Shown here piece after piece: positions 16,376 through 26,101 of a stretch of 64,000 nucleotides of DNA (positions are counted from its first letter, which is position 1; the number at the start of each line of letters is the position of its first letter). The stretch is from Ulvibacter litoralis (GTDB taxonomy: Bacteria > Bacteroidota > Bacteroidia > Flavobacteriales > Flavobacteriaceae): assembly GCF_900102055.1 (NCBI RefSeq), contig NZ_FNBA01000001.1, forward strand, positions 581,085-645,084, in the 5' to 3' direction. Both the position numbers and the translations under genes were made by a program. Below the pieces are notes generated by a model. That model was not told the origin of the DNA. It ran no database searches and saw only the letters and a list, made by a program, of their open reading frames with translations.

Positions 16376-17005
16376 TTATTGTAGCAATGCGTACGCACAA
16401 GTAAACCCTTCGAACTCCAAAAAGTGAACATCGTAATTAACAGTTACGGCTTCAAATGAAACTGTAGAGGTGGTATGCAAGTTATCGAGGCTAAAATCTT
16501 CTACATAGATATTCTGAATAAAACTCACGCCAGGATGCGCAAAACTTTTATACAACGACTCCTTAGCGCACCAAACCAAGGTTAGCTTTCGCATAATGGC
16601 ATCTTCATTAGCAAGAGTGCGATATTCCTCAATGGGCGTAAACTTATGTGCGATTCGTAAAATTTTAGAACGTTGCTTTTCAATGTCGATTCCAACCTCC
16701 AAATCACTAATCACAATAGCCGAAAAAATAAATGAATGTGTAATCGAAATATGCTTTCCATTGTGCAAATGCGGCTTTCCATTTTCATCGTAAAACAAAT
16801 CGAAATCTGTATAGCCTTCCGCAGCCAATAAATGGCGTACACTCATAAAACCACGACGATGTAGGTCGCTTTTCATCCCAAGTACGCGATTTTCACAATG
16901 TTGTGTTAGTGGTATTCCTTCCGAAAGTTCTTCAAAAGACTCTTCTATCTTCCAAATGAGGACTTTAGTGGTTGGACTAAGTGTTATAGTTTTGTAAAGA
17001 GGCAT
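16376..17005 (-). CDS. 4'-phosphopantetheinyl transferase (Sfp-type)
   Basis: 209-aa ORF with PPTase motifs GKP, FNISHS-like (ISITHSF) and WCAKESLYK. Confidence 0.75.
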   Translation of the reverse strand: MPLYKTITLSPTTKVLIWKIEESFEELSEGIPLTQHCENRVLGMKSDLHRRGFMSVRHLLAAEGYTDFDLFYDENGKPHLHNGKHISITHSFIFSAIVISDLEVGIDIEKQRSKILRIAHKFTPIEEYRTLANEDAIMRKLTLVWCAKESLYKSFAHPGVSFIQNIYVEDFSLDNLHTTSTVSFEAVTVNYDVHFLEFEGFTCAYALLQ

Positions 17006-17088
17006 AATTATATGATAGATATTATGTACTTTTGCAGTCGAAAATTAAATTTTAACATTCCCGTTACTTGGGAATAAAGATACTAAAT

Positions 17089-18405
17089 ATGTCAACGAAC
17101 ACAGTACCCTACACCGCGTTTAAAGTAAAAGATATTTCCCTAGCAGATTGGGGACGTAAAGAAATTGAGCTAGCTGAAGCAGAAATGCCCGGACTAATGT
17201 CGCTACGCGAAGAGTATAAAGACGAACAACCTCTTAAAGGAGCTCGTATTGCTGGATGTTTACACATGACCATCCAAACAGCTGTTTTAATTGAAACTTT
17301 ACAAGCTTTAGGTGCAGAAGTTACTTGGAGTTCTTGTAATATATTTTCTACACAAGATCAAGCAGCAGCAGCAATTGCAGCTACCGGAACAGCAGTTTAC
17401 GCTTGGAAAGGATTAACAGAAGAAGAATTTGAATGGTGTATTGAACAAACACTTTTCTTTGGTGAAGATCGCAAACCACTAAACATGATTTTAGATGATG
17501 GTGGTGATTTAACAAATATGGTATTGGACAAATACCCAGAATTAGCAGCAGGTATCAACGGGATTTCGGAAGAAACTACAACAGGAGTTCACCGTTTATA
17601 CGAGCGTGTAAAAAATGGAACACTTCCAATGCCAGCTATCAATATTAACGATAGTGTTACTAAATCTAAATTCGACAACAAATACGGATGTCGTGAGAGT
17701 GCTGTAGATGCGATTCGTCGTGCTACAGACATCATGCTTGCTGGAAAACGTGTAGTTGTATGTGGATATGGTGATGTTGGTAAAGGAACTGCAGCTTCTT
17801 TTAAAGGTGCTGGTTCTATTGTAACCGTTACCGAAATTGATCCAATTTGTGCGCTTCAGGCGGCTATGGACGGTTTTGAAGTAAAACGTTTGGAAACCAT
17901 TCTTCCAACTGCAGACATCGTAATTACGACTACTGGAAATAAAGACATCGTTCGTGGAGAGCATTTTGAAGCAATGAAAGACAAAACTATTGTTTGTAAC
18001 ATTGGTCACTTCGATAATGAAATTGCAGTTGCTTGGTTAAACGACAACCACGGAAGTACGAAAGTAGAAATCAAACCTCAAGTTGATAAATACACCATCG
18101 ACGGAAAAGATATTATTTTATTAGCTGAAGGTAGATTGGTAAACCTTGGTTGTGCAACAGGACACCCAAGTTTCGTAATGAGCAACTCGTTTACAAACCA
18201 AACGTTAGCACAAATTGAACTTTGGAAAAACAAAGAAGCTTATGGAAACGAAGTGTATATGTTACCAAAACACTTAGACGAAAAAGTAGCACAATTGCAC
18301 TTAGCTAAAATTGGCGTTGAGCTTACAGAGCTTACCGAAGAACAAGCAGCCTATATTGGTGTAACTGTTGAAGGACCGTTCAAACCAGAATACTACAGAT
18401 ACTAG
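17089..18405 (+). CDS. ahcY: adenosylhomocysteinase
   Basis: Highly conserved SAHH sequence: the NAD-binding [14 protein letters not shown], and the C-terminal YRY. The probable start is ATG 17089 (MSTNT); the listed ORF begins at an upstream TTG. Confidence 0.95.
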   Translation: MSTNTVPYTAFKVKDISLADWGRKEIELAEAEMPGLMSLREEYKDEQPLKGARIAGCLHMTIQTAVLIETLQALGAEVTWSSCNIFSTQDQAAAAIAATGTAVYAWKGLTEEEFEWCIEQTLFFGEDRKPLNMILDDGGDLTNMVLDKYPELAAGINGISEETTTGVHRLYERVKNGTLPMPAININDSVTKSKFDNKYGCRESAVDAIRRATDIMLAGKRVVVCGYGDVGKGTAASFKGAGSIVTVTEIDPICALQAAMDGFEVKRLETILPTADIVITTTGNKDIVRGEHFEAMKDKTIVCNIGHFDNEIAVAWLNDNHGSTKVEIKPQVDKYTIDGKDIILLAEGRLVNLGCATGHPSFVMSNSFTNQTLAQIELWKNKEAYGNEVYMLPKHLDEKVAQLHLAKIGVELTELTEEQAAYIGVTVEGPFKPEYYRY

Positions 18406-18430
18406 ATCAATTCATTTATAGAAATTTGAA

Positions 18431-18470
18431 AATCCCAAGCAGTTATTGTTTGGGATTTTTTTATTTTGGG
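18431..18470 (+). terminator. rho-independent terminator of ahcY
   Basis: AAAATCCCAAGCAGTTATTGTTTGGGATTTTTTTATTTT. Confidence 0.75.
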
Positions 18471-18482
18471 CAATTACTACGT

Positions 18483-18570
18483 CGCGAAAAGCTACGCAGT
18501 ACCGCGCTTTACACTGTATCTTTTTCTCGTGCCTCTAAAAAGGATGCCGTTTCAATCGCTAGTGCAAACC
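18483..18570 (+). repeat. dispersed intergenic element, copy 1 of 3 (variable hairpin followed by a conserved GGATGCCGYTTC box)
   Basis: Shares AGTACCGCGCTTT, a CTRTATCTTTTT segment and AGGATGCCGTTTCAATCGCT with the copies at 28024..28108 and 41785..41872. Confidence 0.6.
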
Positions 18571-18574
18571 ACTT

Positions 18575-19117
18575 CTATTTTGCTTTTAAAAATACTTCTA
18601 TGTAATGTGTTGTTGTTAAATACTCATTTCTTAGATTAGAAACATATTTTTCTACTTCTTCAAAATTTTGATGTTCCTCATTAAGGCAGTCATTTAAATG
18701 ATCGTCTGTTACTGTCAGGGCAAGATACCACTTCCCGCTTCTAGTGACCTCTAAACTTTTTAAAACAGGAGCATGCCCTTTATCTTCAAGTGCTGCATCT
18801 ACGAGAACTGGAACAAGATTAACCGTTTTTGTTTCTTTATTAACTTCATAAAAAGTTAGATAACACGTTTGTCCATTAATAACCACAGGAATGTTTCCAT
18901 TAAAATCATCGTAGTTAAGTTGGTACTTGGCATTTATGTAATAATAAAACTCATTGGCTTCTTTAGGATCATCAAAAACATAGCTAAATTGATTGGGAAG
19001 GTTATTAACAAACTTCTTTGCTTTCACAATTTTCCCTTCCTCTAAATTGGGCGCAACCCGAAGCGGAATACAAGAGGTAGTAACCAATAAAAGAATGATA
19101 ATAAAACGAACTAACAT
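18575..19117 (-). CDS. hypothetical lipoprotein
   Basis: 180-aa ORF with signal peptide plus Cys (LLLVTTSCIPL). Confidence 0.4.
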   Translation of the reverse strand: MLVRFIIILLLVTTSCIPLRVAPNLEEGKIVKAKKFVNNLPNQFSYVFDDPKEANEFYYYINAKYQLNYDDFNGNIPVVINGQTCYLTFYEVNKETKTVNLVPVLVDAALEDKGHAPVLKSLEVTRSGKWYLALTVTDDHLNDCLNEEHQNFEEVEKYVSNLRNEYLTTTHYIEVFLKAK

Positions 19118-19154
19118 AGATTCATAGCTTATTTTTTACAGCAAAAAGAAGCAC

Positions 19155-19490
19155 CTACTTCGCCTTTCTAAAAATGTAACTCATCCACACAGGATCATTA
19201 TCATCAGACACTACAGATTGTCGGTCTACAAACTCCCAATTGGCGCTATTCATATAATTAAGCAGTGTAGAAGTTTCTTCAATATCTTCAATTTCCTTTA
19301 CGGTTATAGTTTTGCCTAGTAGTGACGTTTGTTCTTCTACTTTAATACGTTTCACTTTTCCTCGATTGTTCGCTTTCTGAACGACAATAATTTCCAAGAA
19401 ATCATATTTCTGTATCTCTTGCGCAAAAGTTTCCGAAGTAAAAAAAAGAGAAAACGCAAAAACGAGTAACAAGGTACTTATTCTTTTCAT
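19155..19490 (-). CDS. hypothetical small secreted protein
   Basis: The probable start is MKRISTLLLVFAFSLFFTSETFAQ, with a signal peptide. Confidence 0.4.
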   Translation of the reverse strand: MKRISTLLLVFAFSLFFTSETFAQEIQKYDFLEIIVVQKANNRGKVKRIKVEEQTSLLGKTITVKEIEDIEETSTLLNYMNSANWEFVDRQSVVSDDNDPVWMSYIFRKAK

Positions 19491-19547
19491 AGTGGTAATT
19501 TTTAGTTGCAATTAAGGTACAATTAATCTTTGTAATAGCAACAAACA

Positions 19548-19593
19548 CAAAAAAAGGCACAAAAAAACCCTGTTAGATATACTAACAGGGTTT
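19548..19593 (-). terminator. rho-independent terminator after rpmA
   Basis: Minus strand: AAACCCTGTTAG-TATAT-CTAACAGGGTTTTTTTGTGCCTTTTTTT. Confidence 0.8.
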
Positions 19594-19616
19594 CAATATT
19601 GTAAAGAAAGTGTTTC

Positions 19617-19877
19617 TTAAGCCTCGAAAGGAACTATAGAAACGTATGATTTGTTATCTTTCTTTTTAGTGAATTTTACCAAACCATCCACTTTAGCGTG
19701 AAGCGTGTGATCTTTTCCACCATACACATTTTCACCTGGGTGATGTGTATTACCTCTTTGTCTTACGATGATGTTCCCGGCAATAGCAGCTTGACCACCA
19801 AATATCTTAACACCTAGACGTTTCGATTCTGATTCTCTACCATTCTTAGAACTACCAACTCCTTTTTTATGAGCCAT
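19617..19877 (-). CDS. rpmA: 50S ribosomal protein L27
   Basis: [25 protein letters not shown]-terminus. Confidence 0.95.
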   Translation of the reverse strand: MAHKKGVGSSKNGRESESKRLGVKIFGGQAAIAGNIIVRQRGNTHHPGENVYGGKDHTLHAKVDGLVKFTKKKDNKSYVSIVPFEA

Positions 19878-19921
19878 TTTCTTAAGATTTTATATTGTTA
19901 AACTTATAGTGTTTAAAGCAA

Positions 19922-20569
19922 TTACGCTTTACCACCATCTAATTCGTCTTGCCATTTTTTAAGCTCGTCCCACTTACCATCGGCAGCCAATTGTGCTTGT
20001 GCTGGCCAAGTATCTGTTACGTGGTTACCACGAACATCAGCAATAATTTCTGATATTTTCGCAGCATCTGTTTTTGCTAAATCTGCAAAAGTTACAATTC
20101 CTGCCGCGTTAAGCGTTTCAGCAATTTTAGGTCCAATACCTTCAACTTTTTTAAGATCATCTGCTTTTCCAGAAGCTTTTGCTTTAGGAGCTGCTTTTGG
20201 CGCAGCTGCTTTTGCTTTTGGTGCAGCTTTTGCTTTTGGAGCTGATTTAGTTGCTCCAGAAGCTACAATGCTTTCAATAGTGATTTCAGTAAGAGCTTGA
20301 CGGTGTCCGTTTTTCACACGGTATCCTTTTCTTCTTTTCTTCTTGAAAACAATAACTTTGTCACCTTTAAGGTGTTTCACGACTTTTGCTCCTACTTGAG
20401 CGCCGTCTATAGCCGGGGCGCCAATAGTTACTTTGTCACCGTCGCCAATAAGAAGTACATTGTCAAAAGACACTGATTTACCTTCTTCAGTAGCTAAACG
20501 ATTTACAAAGACTTTTTGGTCTTTTGCAACTTTAAATTGCTGCCCTGCTATCTCTACAATTGCGTACAT
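19922..20569 (-). CDS. rplU: 50S ribosomal protein L21 with a long C-terminal extension (AKP-rich linker plus helical HhH-like domain)
   Basis: The N-terminal 100 aa are canonical L21 (MYAIVEIAGQQFKV). Then come KAAPKAKAAAPKAAPKAKA repeats. The last roughly 75 aa are DLKKVEGIGPKIAETLNAAGIVTFADLAK... Confidence 0.9.
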   Translation of the reverse strand: MYAIVEIAGQQFKVAKDQKVFVNRLATEEGKSVSFDNVLLIGDGDKVTIGAPAIDGAQVGAKVVKHLKGDKVIVFKKKRRKGYRVKNGHRQALTEITIESIVASGATKSAPKAKAAPKAKAAAPKAAPKAKASGKADDLKKVEGIGPKIAETLNAAGIVTFADLAKTDAAKISEIIADVRGNHVTDTWPAQAQLAADGKWDELKKWQDELDGGKA

Positions 20570-20684
20570 AGCGTAACGTTTAATTAAATTAGTTAATAAT
20601 TATATCCCTTAGAACGAATCTTACTTCGCATAAGAGGGGTGCAAATATAATTTTAAAAAAGGAAATTACAAAGGGTTTAGAATC

Positions 20685-21134
20685 TTATTTTTCAGGATGT
20701 TTCGTAGCGTTCCAAGAATCCTTTAAGAGTTGCATAAATGCCAAGGTAAGTACTAAGGTAGTAGAAAAACCCATCATGATTAAAGTCACAATAATAATGA
20801 GGCCTCCTTTATTGTAATTTAAGCTCCAAGAATCTAATATAGCATGTGCAAATTCTGTGTCTATTTGGAAAATATACAATGCCATAAAAATAGAAAATAA
20901 GATTGTTGCAATTGCTCCAGTAACCAATCCTAACTGAAAACCATCTTGGTAAAAAAAAGACTTGCCACTCGCTTTGTACTTTTGCATTGCTATTAAAATC
21001 CCAACACCAAAGATAATTCCGTTTGCCACACTCAAAACGGGAAATTCATGCAGCCCTACAACTTTCAGTAGTAAAAAATAAACAATGAGAACCACCGCAG
21101 TTCCTATTCCATATTTTATTGCTATTTTCCCCAT
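20685..21134 (-). CDS. DUF4199-family small membrane protein
   Basis: 149-aa ORF with 4 TM segments. The MGKIAIKYGIGTAVVLIVYFLLLK N-terminus is typical of this Bacteroidota family. Confidence 0.5.
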   Translation of the reverse strand: MGKIAIKYGIGTAVVLIVYFLLLKVVGLHEFPVLSVANGIIFGVGILIAMQKYKASGKSFFYQDGFQLGLVTGAIATILFSIFMALYIFQIDTEFAHAILDSWSLNYNKGGLIIIVTLIMMGFSTTLVLTLAFMQLLKDSWNATKHPEK

Positions 21135-21208
21135 AATAGAAGTATTTATGACTCCTATAAATTTCGGAAAAAAATTTTAAAAACACTGATAATTAACACT
21201 TTATTGTC

Positions 21209-22087
21209 TTAATTTCTCCTTTTATTAGCTAAATACACGCCTGTTAAGATTACAAATGCAGCTACTATTTGAAGAAAACGAAACGTCTCCCCATCTAACA
21301 ATCCCCAAACAACTGCAACAATGGGCATGGTATAGGTTACTGAAGAAGCAAACACAGGACTCGATGCCTGGATTAGCTTATTAAACAAAATTTTTGCTAT
21401 TGCAGTACCAAAAATTGATAGAATTACTAAATATAAAAGTGACGTATGCACCACTTCCGATTGTATGATTTCTGCCGTAAAGAATCCTGAATATATCAAA
21501 ACGAGCGTTGCAGGAATAACTAGAACGGCAAAAGTCCCAACGCTAATTGCCACAGCAGAGAGCTGCTGCAAATGCTTTTTTACAATATTTACATTTAACG
21601 CATAACAAACCGACGCTATCAATACCAACCCCGCATACCAGTAATTTTGATCAGGATTAATTTCGGAGCCCGCCCAAACCAACAGACAACTTCCAATTAA
21701 CCCAACCACAACGCCCAACGCCTGTTGTCTAGACGATACAACACCAAACACGATTGCCCCTAAAAGCAGTGTCATAATTGGAGTGGTCGAATTTAAAATA
21801 GAAGCAATTGCACTGTCTATCTCTGTTTCAGCAAAAGCAAAAAGAAAAGCGGGAATAAAGGTTCCTAAAAAAGCTGAAATAGAAATCCACTTCCATTCTC
21901 TCTTTCGAATGCCTTTCAACTTAGGAAAACTAAACATTATTAAAAAAATAGCCGCAAACAGCGTGCGCAGTGCCCCTAATTGCATTGGAGTTAATCCTAC
22001 TAACGCTTTTTTAATAAGTATAAACGAGCTTCCCCAAATGAGTGAAAGAACGCAGAGGAAAATCCATTTTAACTGAGTATTTTTCAT
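21209..22087 (-). CDS. EamA/DMT-family transporter
   Basis: Ten-TM protein with two EamA halves. The probable start is MKNTQLKW. Confidence 0.75.
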   Translation of the reverse strand: MKNTQLKWIFLCVLSLIWGSSFILIKKALVGLTPMQLGALRTLFAAIFLIMFSFPKLKGIRKREWKWISISAFLGTFIPAFLFAFAETEIDSAIASILNSTTPIMTLLLGAIVFGVVSSRQQALGVVVGLIGSCLLVWAGSEINPDQNYWYAGLVLIASVCYALNVNIVKKHLQQLSAVAISVGTFAVLVIPATLVLIYSGFFTAEIIQSEVVHTSLLYLVILSIFGTAIAKILFNKLIQASSPVFASSVTYTMPIVAVVWGLLDGETFRFLQIVAAFVILTGVYLANKRRN

Positions 22088-22145
22088 TTGCTTTAAAAAA
22101 AGCAAAAGTCGCTAAAATTTTAAGAAGGACTGTAAAAATGAAGGG

Positions 22146-22703
22146 CTACTTTTCCCAAGTAAAAGTTTCCATTACGTGCCGAATGTCGTTACGCAAATAC
22201 ACTACTGCAGGATAAATAGAATCGAAATTAGGTTTTGCTTCAAAATAAAGCGATCCCGACACAAAATGATTCACACTGTCGGTGACATAAAAATGCGATT
22301 GCGAGGCAGCATTTCCATTAATCATATAAAACATTCCGTAGACTTTTTCATCCGTGTTTACAAAAGGCTGTTCTGGAATACTTTCAGCTTTAATATTATG
22401 ATCGTATGCCAATTTTTGAGCATCATATAATAAGGAGTCTAAATTATTATGTGCGACATCTTGATAGGTTAAATAGATGGTCGCATTCATTTTAGGATAC
22501 GAAACATTAAACGCACAGTTTGCATTGCTTTTTAACACAGCTTCCTCATTGATCTCGAAAGAATATGGGCAATTTGTCGCTATACCTTTATAGGTCGCTT
22601 TTGGGTACTCTAGCCGAAGCATTGCATTAGGCTTCACCAACACATCGTCGTTACAAGCCACTAAGAGAACACAAAAAAGTGTGATAAAAAATAATCTGAA
22701 CAT
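22146..22703 (-). CDS. gldD: gliding motility lipoprotein GldD
   Basis: 185-aa lipoprotein (LLVACNDD) immediately downstream of gldE. The gldE-gldD and ssb-mutY synteny matches Flavobacterium. Confidence 0.7.
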   Translation of the reverse strand: MFRLFFITLFCVLLVACNDDVLVKPNAMLRLEYPKATYKGIATNCPYSFEINEEAVLKSNANCAFNVSYPKMNATIYLTYQDVAHNNLDSLLYDAQKLAYDHNIKAESIPEQPFVNTDEKVYGMFYMINGNAASQSHFYVTDSVNHFVSGSLYFEAKPNFDSIYPAVVYLRNDIRHVMETFTWEK

Positions 22704-22704
22704 A

Positions 22705-24003
22705 CTATTGGATAGAAAGTTTTACTTGTTTTATACGTTTGTTATCAAACGCTTCAATAGTAAACGTATAATTATGGAAGGTTATTACTTCGTCCTTTTT
22801 AGGAAATCCTTTCGAAATCTCTAACAGAAAGCCTGCAATGGTTTCAGCTTCCCCTTTTTCGTCTTCAAAAACCTGAGAATCTTCAATTTTAATCACTCGG
22901 TAAAAGTCTTTTAAAGCTGTTTTACCTTCAAACACAAAATTATTATCATCAAGTTTCGAGAACACAAGATCTTCATCATCAAACTCATCACTAATTTCCC
23001 CTACTATTTCTTCTAAAATATCTTCCAATGAAATCAAACCACTGGTACCGCCATATTCATCTACAACAATTGCCAAGTGCATTTTTCGCTCTTTGAATTC
23101 ATTTAGCAAGTCATCCAACTTTTTATTTTCAGGAACAAAGTAAGGATCCCGTTTAAGTTCTTGCCAATCTAGATTTTTTCTATCTATAAAAGGCATTAAA
23201 TCTTTTACATATAAAATCCCGGTGATATTATCAATGTTATCTTTATACACAGGAATTCTTGAATACCCTCTTTCAATAATTTCCGGCATGATATCTTTAA
23301 AACCCAATTCTTCATTCAATGCAAAAATATCCATCCGGTTTTTCATCACCTGTTTGGTGTCTGTATTCCCAAAGGTGACAATACCTTGTAATATTTTCTG
23401 CTCTTCGTGGGTTGTATCTTTCTCATCAGTAAGCTCTAGTGCTTGCGATAATTGATCTACACTAAGATTCGATTTTTGTTTCCCAAACTTTTCGTGAATA
23501 TAAATAGTCGCCGAACGCATGGGCATACTTATAGGAGTTAGCAACGCATCCAATACATTTAAGGGGTACGCCATAAAACTAGCAAACTTAACCTTATTTC
23601 GACTTGCATATATTTTAGGTAGTATTTCACCAAACAATAATATAAGAAAGGTTACTACACCCACTTCTACTATCGATCTTAAGTAGTATTCAGTGGTAAT
23701 ACCAGAAAATAAAATATCTGTCAGCGAATCAAAAAGTAAAACGATGGCAATATTTATAAAGTTATTTGCCACCAATATGGTAGCCAATAACTTTTTAGGC
23801 TTATCAAGAAGTTTCTGAATGATTACCTCTTTACGAGAGGGCGTATCACTATTAATATCGGTTGGCGTAAGCGAGAAAAATGCCACCTCGGCTCCAGAGA
23901 TTAACGCAGAACACAACAATAAAACAAGTAAAAAAACGATACTTGTAATGTACGTATAATTTAAAATTGTTATAAAAATTAAACTGGGAGGCTCTATATC
24001 CAA
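22705..24003 (-). CDS. gldE: gliding motility-associated protein GldE (DUF21 TM domain + CBS pair + CorC_HlyC)
   Basis: 432-aa ORF. N-terminal TM helices, then CBS pairs, then a C-terminal transporter-associated domain (EDSQVFEDEKGEAETIAGFLLE). Confidence 0.8.
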   Translation of the reverse strand: MDIEPPSLIFITILNYTYITSIVFLLVLLLCSALISGAEVAFFSLTPTDINSDTPSRKEVIIQKLLDKPKKLLATILVANNFINIAIVLLFDSLTDILFSGITTEYYLRSIVEVGVVTFLILLFGEILPKIYASRNKVKFASFMAYPLNVLDALLTPISMPMRSATIYIHEKFGKQKSNLSVDQLSQALELTDEKDTTHEEQKILQGIVTFGNTDTKQVMKNRMDIFALNEELGFKDIMPEIIERGYSRIPVYKDNIDNITGILYVKDLMPFIDRKNLDWQELKRDPYFVPENKKLDDLLNEFKERKMHLAIVVDEYGGTSGLISLEDILEEIVGEISDEFDDEDLVFSKLDDNNFVFEGKTALKDFYRVIKIEDSQVFEDEKGEAETIAGFLLEISKGFPKKDEVITFHNYTFTIEAFDNKRIKQVKLSIQ

Positions 24004-24024
24004 AATACTATAGTTCGTTATACA

Positions 24025-24486
24025 TTAAAATGGTAAGTCGTCATTATCATCTCCACTTTCTGGATGATGAACCGTTTGTTTGCTTTGAGTTGGAGCCGAT
24101 TGTTGTGATGGATTGGTATTTGTGTTACCCATCGGCGCTCCACCTTCAGTTTTAGGCGTTAAAAAAGTAAAATCTGTACACTGAATTTCTGTACTGTAGC
24201 GATCGTTTCCTTTTTCATCTTGCCATTTGCGAGTTTTTAAACGTCCTTCAATATAAACTTTATCTCCTTTTTTAAGATATTTCTCACAGACTTCAGCTCC
24301 TTTGTTACGAACCACAATATTATGCCACTCTGTATTACTTACTTTCTCACCAGTAGTTCTATTAGTATAGGTTTCATTTGTAGCCAAAGGAAAACGTCCA
24401 ATACTACCACCACCTTCAAAATAATGCATTTTAACCTCATCTCCCGTATGCCCAATTAGCATCACTTTGTTTAACGTTCCACTCAT
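24025..24486 (-). CDS. ssb: single-stranded DNA-binding protein
   Basis: OB-fold (MSGTLNKVMLIGHTGDEVKMHYF...TEWHNIVV), a Gly/Pro/Gln-rich linker, and a DDNDDLPF tail. Confidence 0.95.
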   Translation of the reverse strand: MSGTLNKVMLIGHTGDEVKMHYFEGGGSIGRFPLATNETYTNRTTGEKVSNTEWHNIVVRNKGAEVCEKYLKKGDKVYIEGRLKTRKWQDEKGNDRYSTEIQCTDFTFLTPKTEGGAPMGNTNTNPSQQSAPTQSKQTVHHPESGDDNDDLPF

Positions 24487-24546
24487 TTTTACTTAATTAA
24501 TTTTAACCACAAAGGTATATTTTGTACTTTAAATATAAGTGTTTTT

Positions 24547-25635
24547 TTAGAGTTTAAAAACTGAAAACTCTGAAATAAAATTTTCAATCAATACAGGCAC
24601 AGCATACTCCTCAATTTCAGCAATAGCAACTTCCGTTTTTTCAGGAAATGATGCCTTTACATCAAAGCCATTACTTTCAGCAATCCAAAATCGCGTGTAT
24701 AAATGCTGATGCGATAGCTTGTGTATTATTAAGGTGTCATTATACAACGAAATATCTTCAACACACAATTCTTCCGAAAGCTCTTTAAACTCATTCATCA
24801 CAATTAATTCAGCATACGTAAGATCTTTTTTTGTTTCAATTAACGGAAACTCATACAACTGTTGCCAAATTCCTTTACCACTTCGTTGTTGCAAAATGGT
24901 TTTATGTGCTTCGGAAAGTACCACGATATAATTAAAATACCTTTTTCTTACCGTGGTCTTTTTCAATTTCACAGGCAAAGTCCCAACTAATTCTGAAGCA
25001 TACGCATCACAAATGCTATTAAATATACAGCTTTTACAATCTGGATTCTGCGGCACACAGTATCGTGCACCAAACTCCATACTAGCTTGATTAAAGGTGC
25101 CTGGGTCTTTTTCATCGACCAACTCTTGTGCTAAAGCTTTAAATTGCTTTATTCCTTCGGTTGTATTAACAGGAGTGCTTATTCCAAAAACACGAGAAAG
25201 CACCCTGTACACATTCCCATCTACTACTGCAGCAGGCTCATTATAACAAATCGATGCTATAGCACTAGCGGTATAATCACCCACTCCTTTTAATGTAAGA
25301 AGTTCTTTATAAGTAGTAGGAAACACCCCATGTAGTTCATCTACAATATATTTAGCTGTAAAATGTAAGTTTCTCGCCCTAGAATAATAACCTAGCCCTT
25401 GCCATAATTTTAAAATTTTTTCTTCGGAAGCTGCTGCCAAATCTTCAACTGTAGGAAAAGCCCTTAAAAAACGTTCATAATAGGGCAAACCTTGCGCTAC
25501 ACGGGTTTGTTGAAGAATAATTTCAGACAACCAAATAGCATATGGATCACGTGTACTTCGCCAAGGAAGCTCCCGTTTATGAACCAAATACCACGAAATG
25601 AGATTTTTACGAAAAAAAGTGGGCTTTAACAACAT
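24547..25635 (-). CDS. mutY: A/G-specific adenine DNA glycosylase MutY
   Basis: HhH-GPD domain, a 4Fe-4S Cys cluster (CxxxxxxCxxC...C) and a C-terminal NUDIX-like domain. Confidence 0.9.
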   Translation of the reverse strand: MLLKPTFFRKNLISWYLVHKRELPWRSTRDPYAIWLSEIILQQTRVAQGLPYYERFLRAFPTVEDLAAASEEKILKLWQGLGYYSRARNLHFTAKYIVDELHGVFPTTYKELLTLKGVGDYTASAIASICYNEPAAVVDGNVYRVLSRVFGISTPVNTTEGIKQFKALAQELVDEKDPGTFNQASMEFGARYCVPQNPDCKSCIFNSICDAYASELVGTLPVKLKKTTVRKRYFNYIVVLSEAHKTILQQRSGKGIWQQLYEFPLIETKKDLTYAELIVMNEFKELSEELCVEDISLYNDTLIIHKLSHQHLYTRFWIAESNGFDVKASFPEKTEVAIAEIEEYAVPVLIENFISEFSVFKL

Positions 25636-25681
25636 TTAACAAATTTAGGGGATATCTGATTATATTTTAATGGATTAACGT

Positions 25682-25713
25682 TTGATTTATTGATTTTAAA
25701 ATTCTTATATTTG
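25682..25713 (+). promoter_or_regulatory. Bacteroidota-type promoter (-33 TTG / -7 TAnnTTTG) for the HU-family gene
   Basis: TTG at 25682-25684 and TATATTTG at 25706-25713, 21 bp apart and about 50 nt upstream of the start codon. Confidence 0.35.
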
Positions 25714-25761
25714 CCCTCTTGAAAAAAAACCTATACTTATTAATAATAAAAAAAAATTAGA

Positions 25762-26052
25762 ATGACGAAAGCAGATATTGTAGCGAAAATTTCAGAAAAA
25801 TTAGGAATGGAAAAAGGAGATGTTCAAGCTACTGTTGAAACCTTCATGGAAGAAGTTAAAACTTCTTTAGAAAGTGGTGACAACGTATACCTTAGAGGTT
25901 TCGGAAGTTTTATTATCAAAACTAGAGCTGAAAAAACGGGAAGAAACATTTCAAAAAACACTACAATTAAAATCCCCGCTCATAACATCCCAGCTTTTAA
26001 ACCTGCAAAAGTATTTGTAGAGGGTGTTAAAACAAACGTTGAAGTAAAATAA
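25762..26052 (+). CDS. HU-family DNA-binding protein
   Basis: 96-aa ORF with the HU/IHF signature (GFGSF...RTGRN...I.I....FKP). Confidence 0.9.
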   Translation: MTKADIVAKISEKLGMEKGDVQATVETFMEEVKTSLESGDNVYLRGFGSFIIKTRAEKTGRNISKNTTIKIPAHNIPAFKPAKVFVEGVKTNVEVK

Positions 26053-26101
26053 TCTAAATAATAATCCGTCCGCCTTTGGTGGACACTAAAATGTATTTTA
26101 T

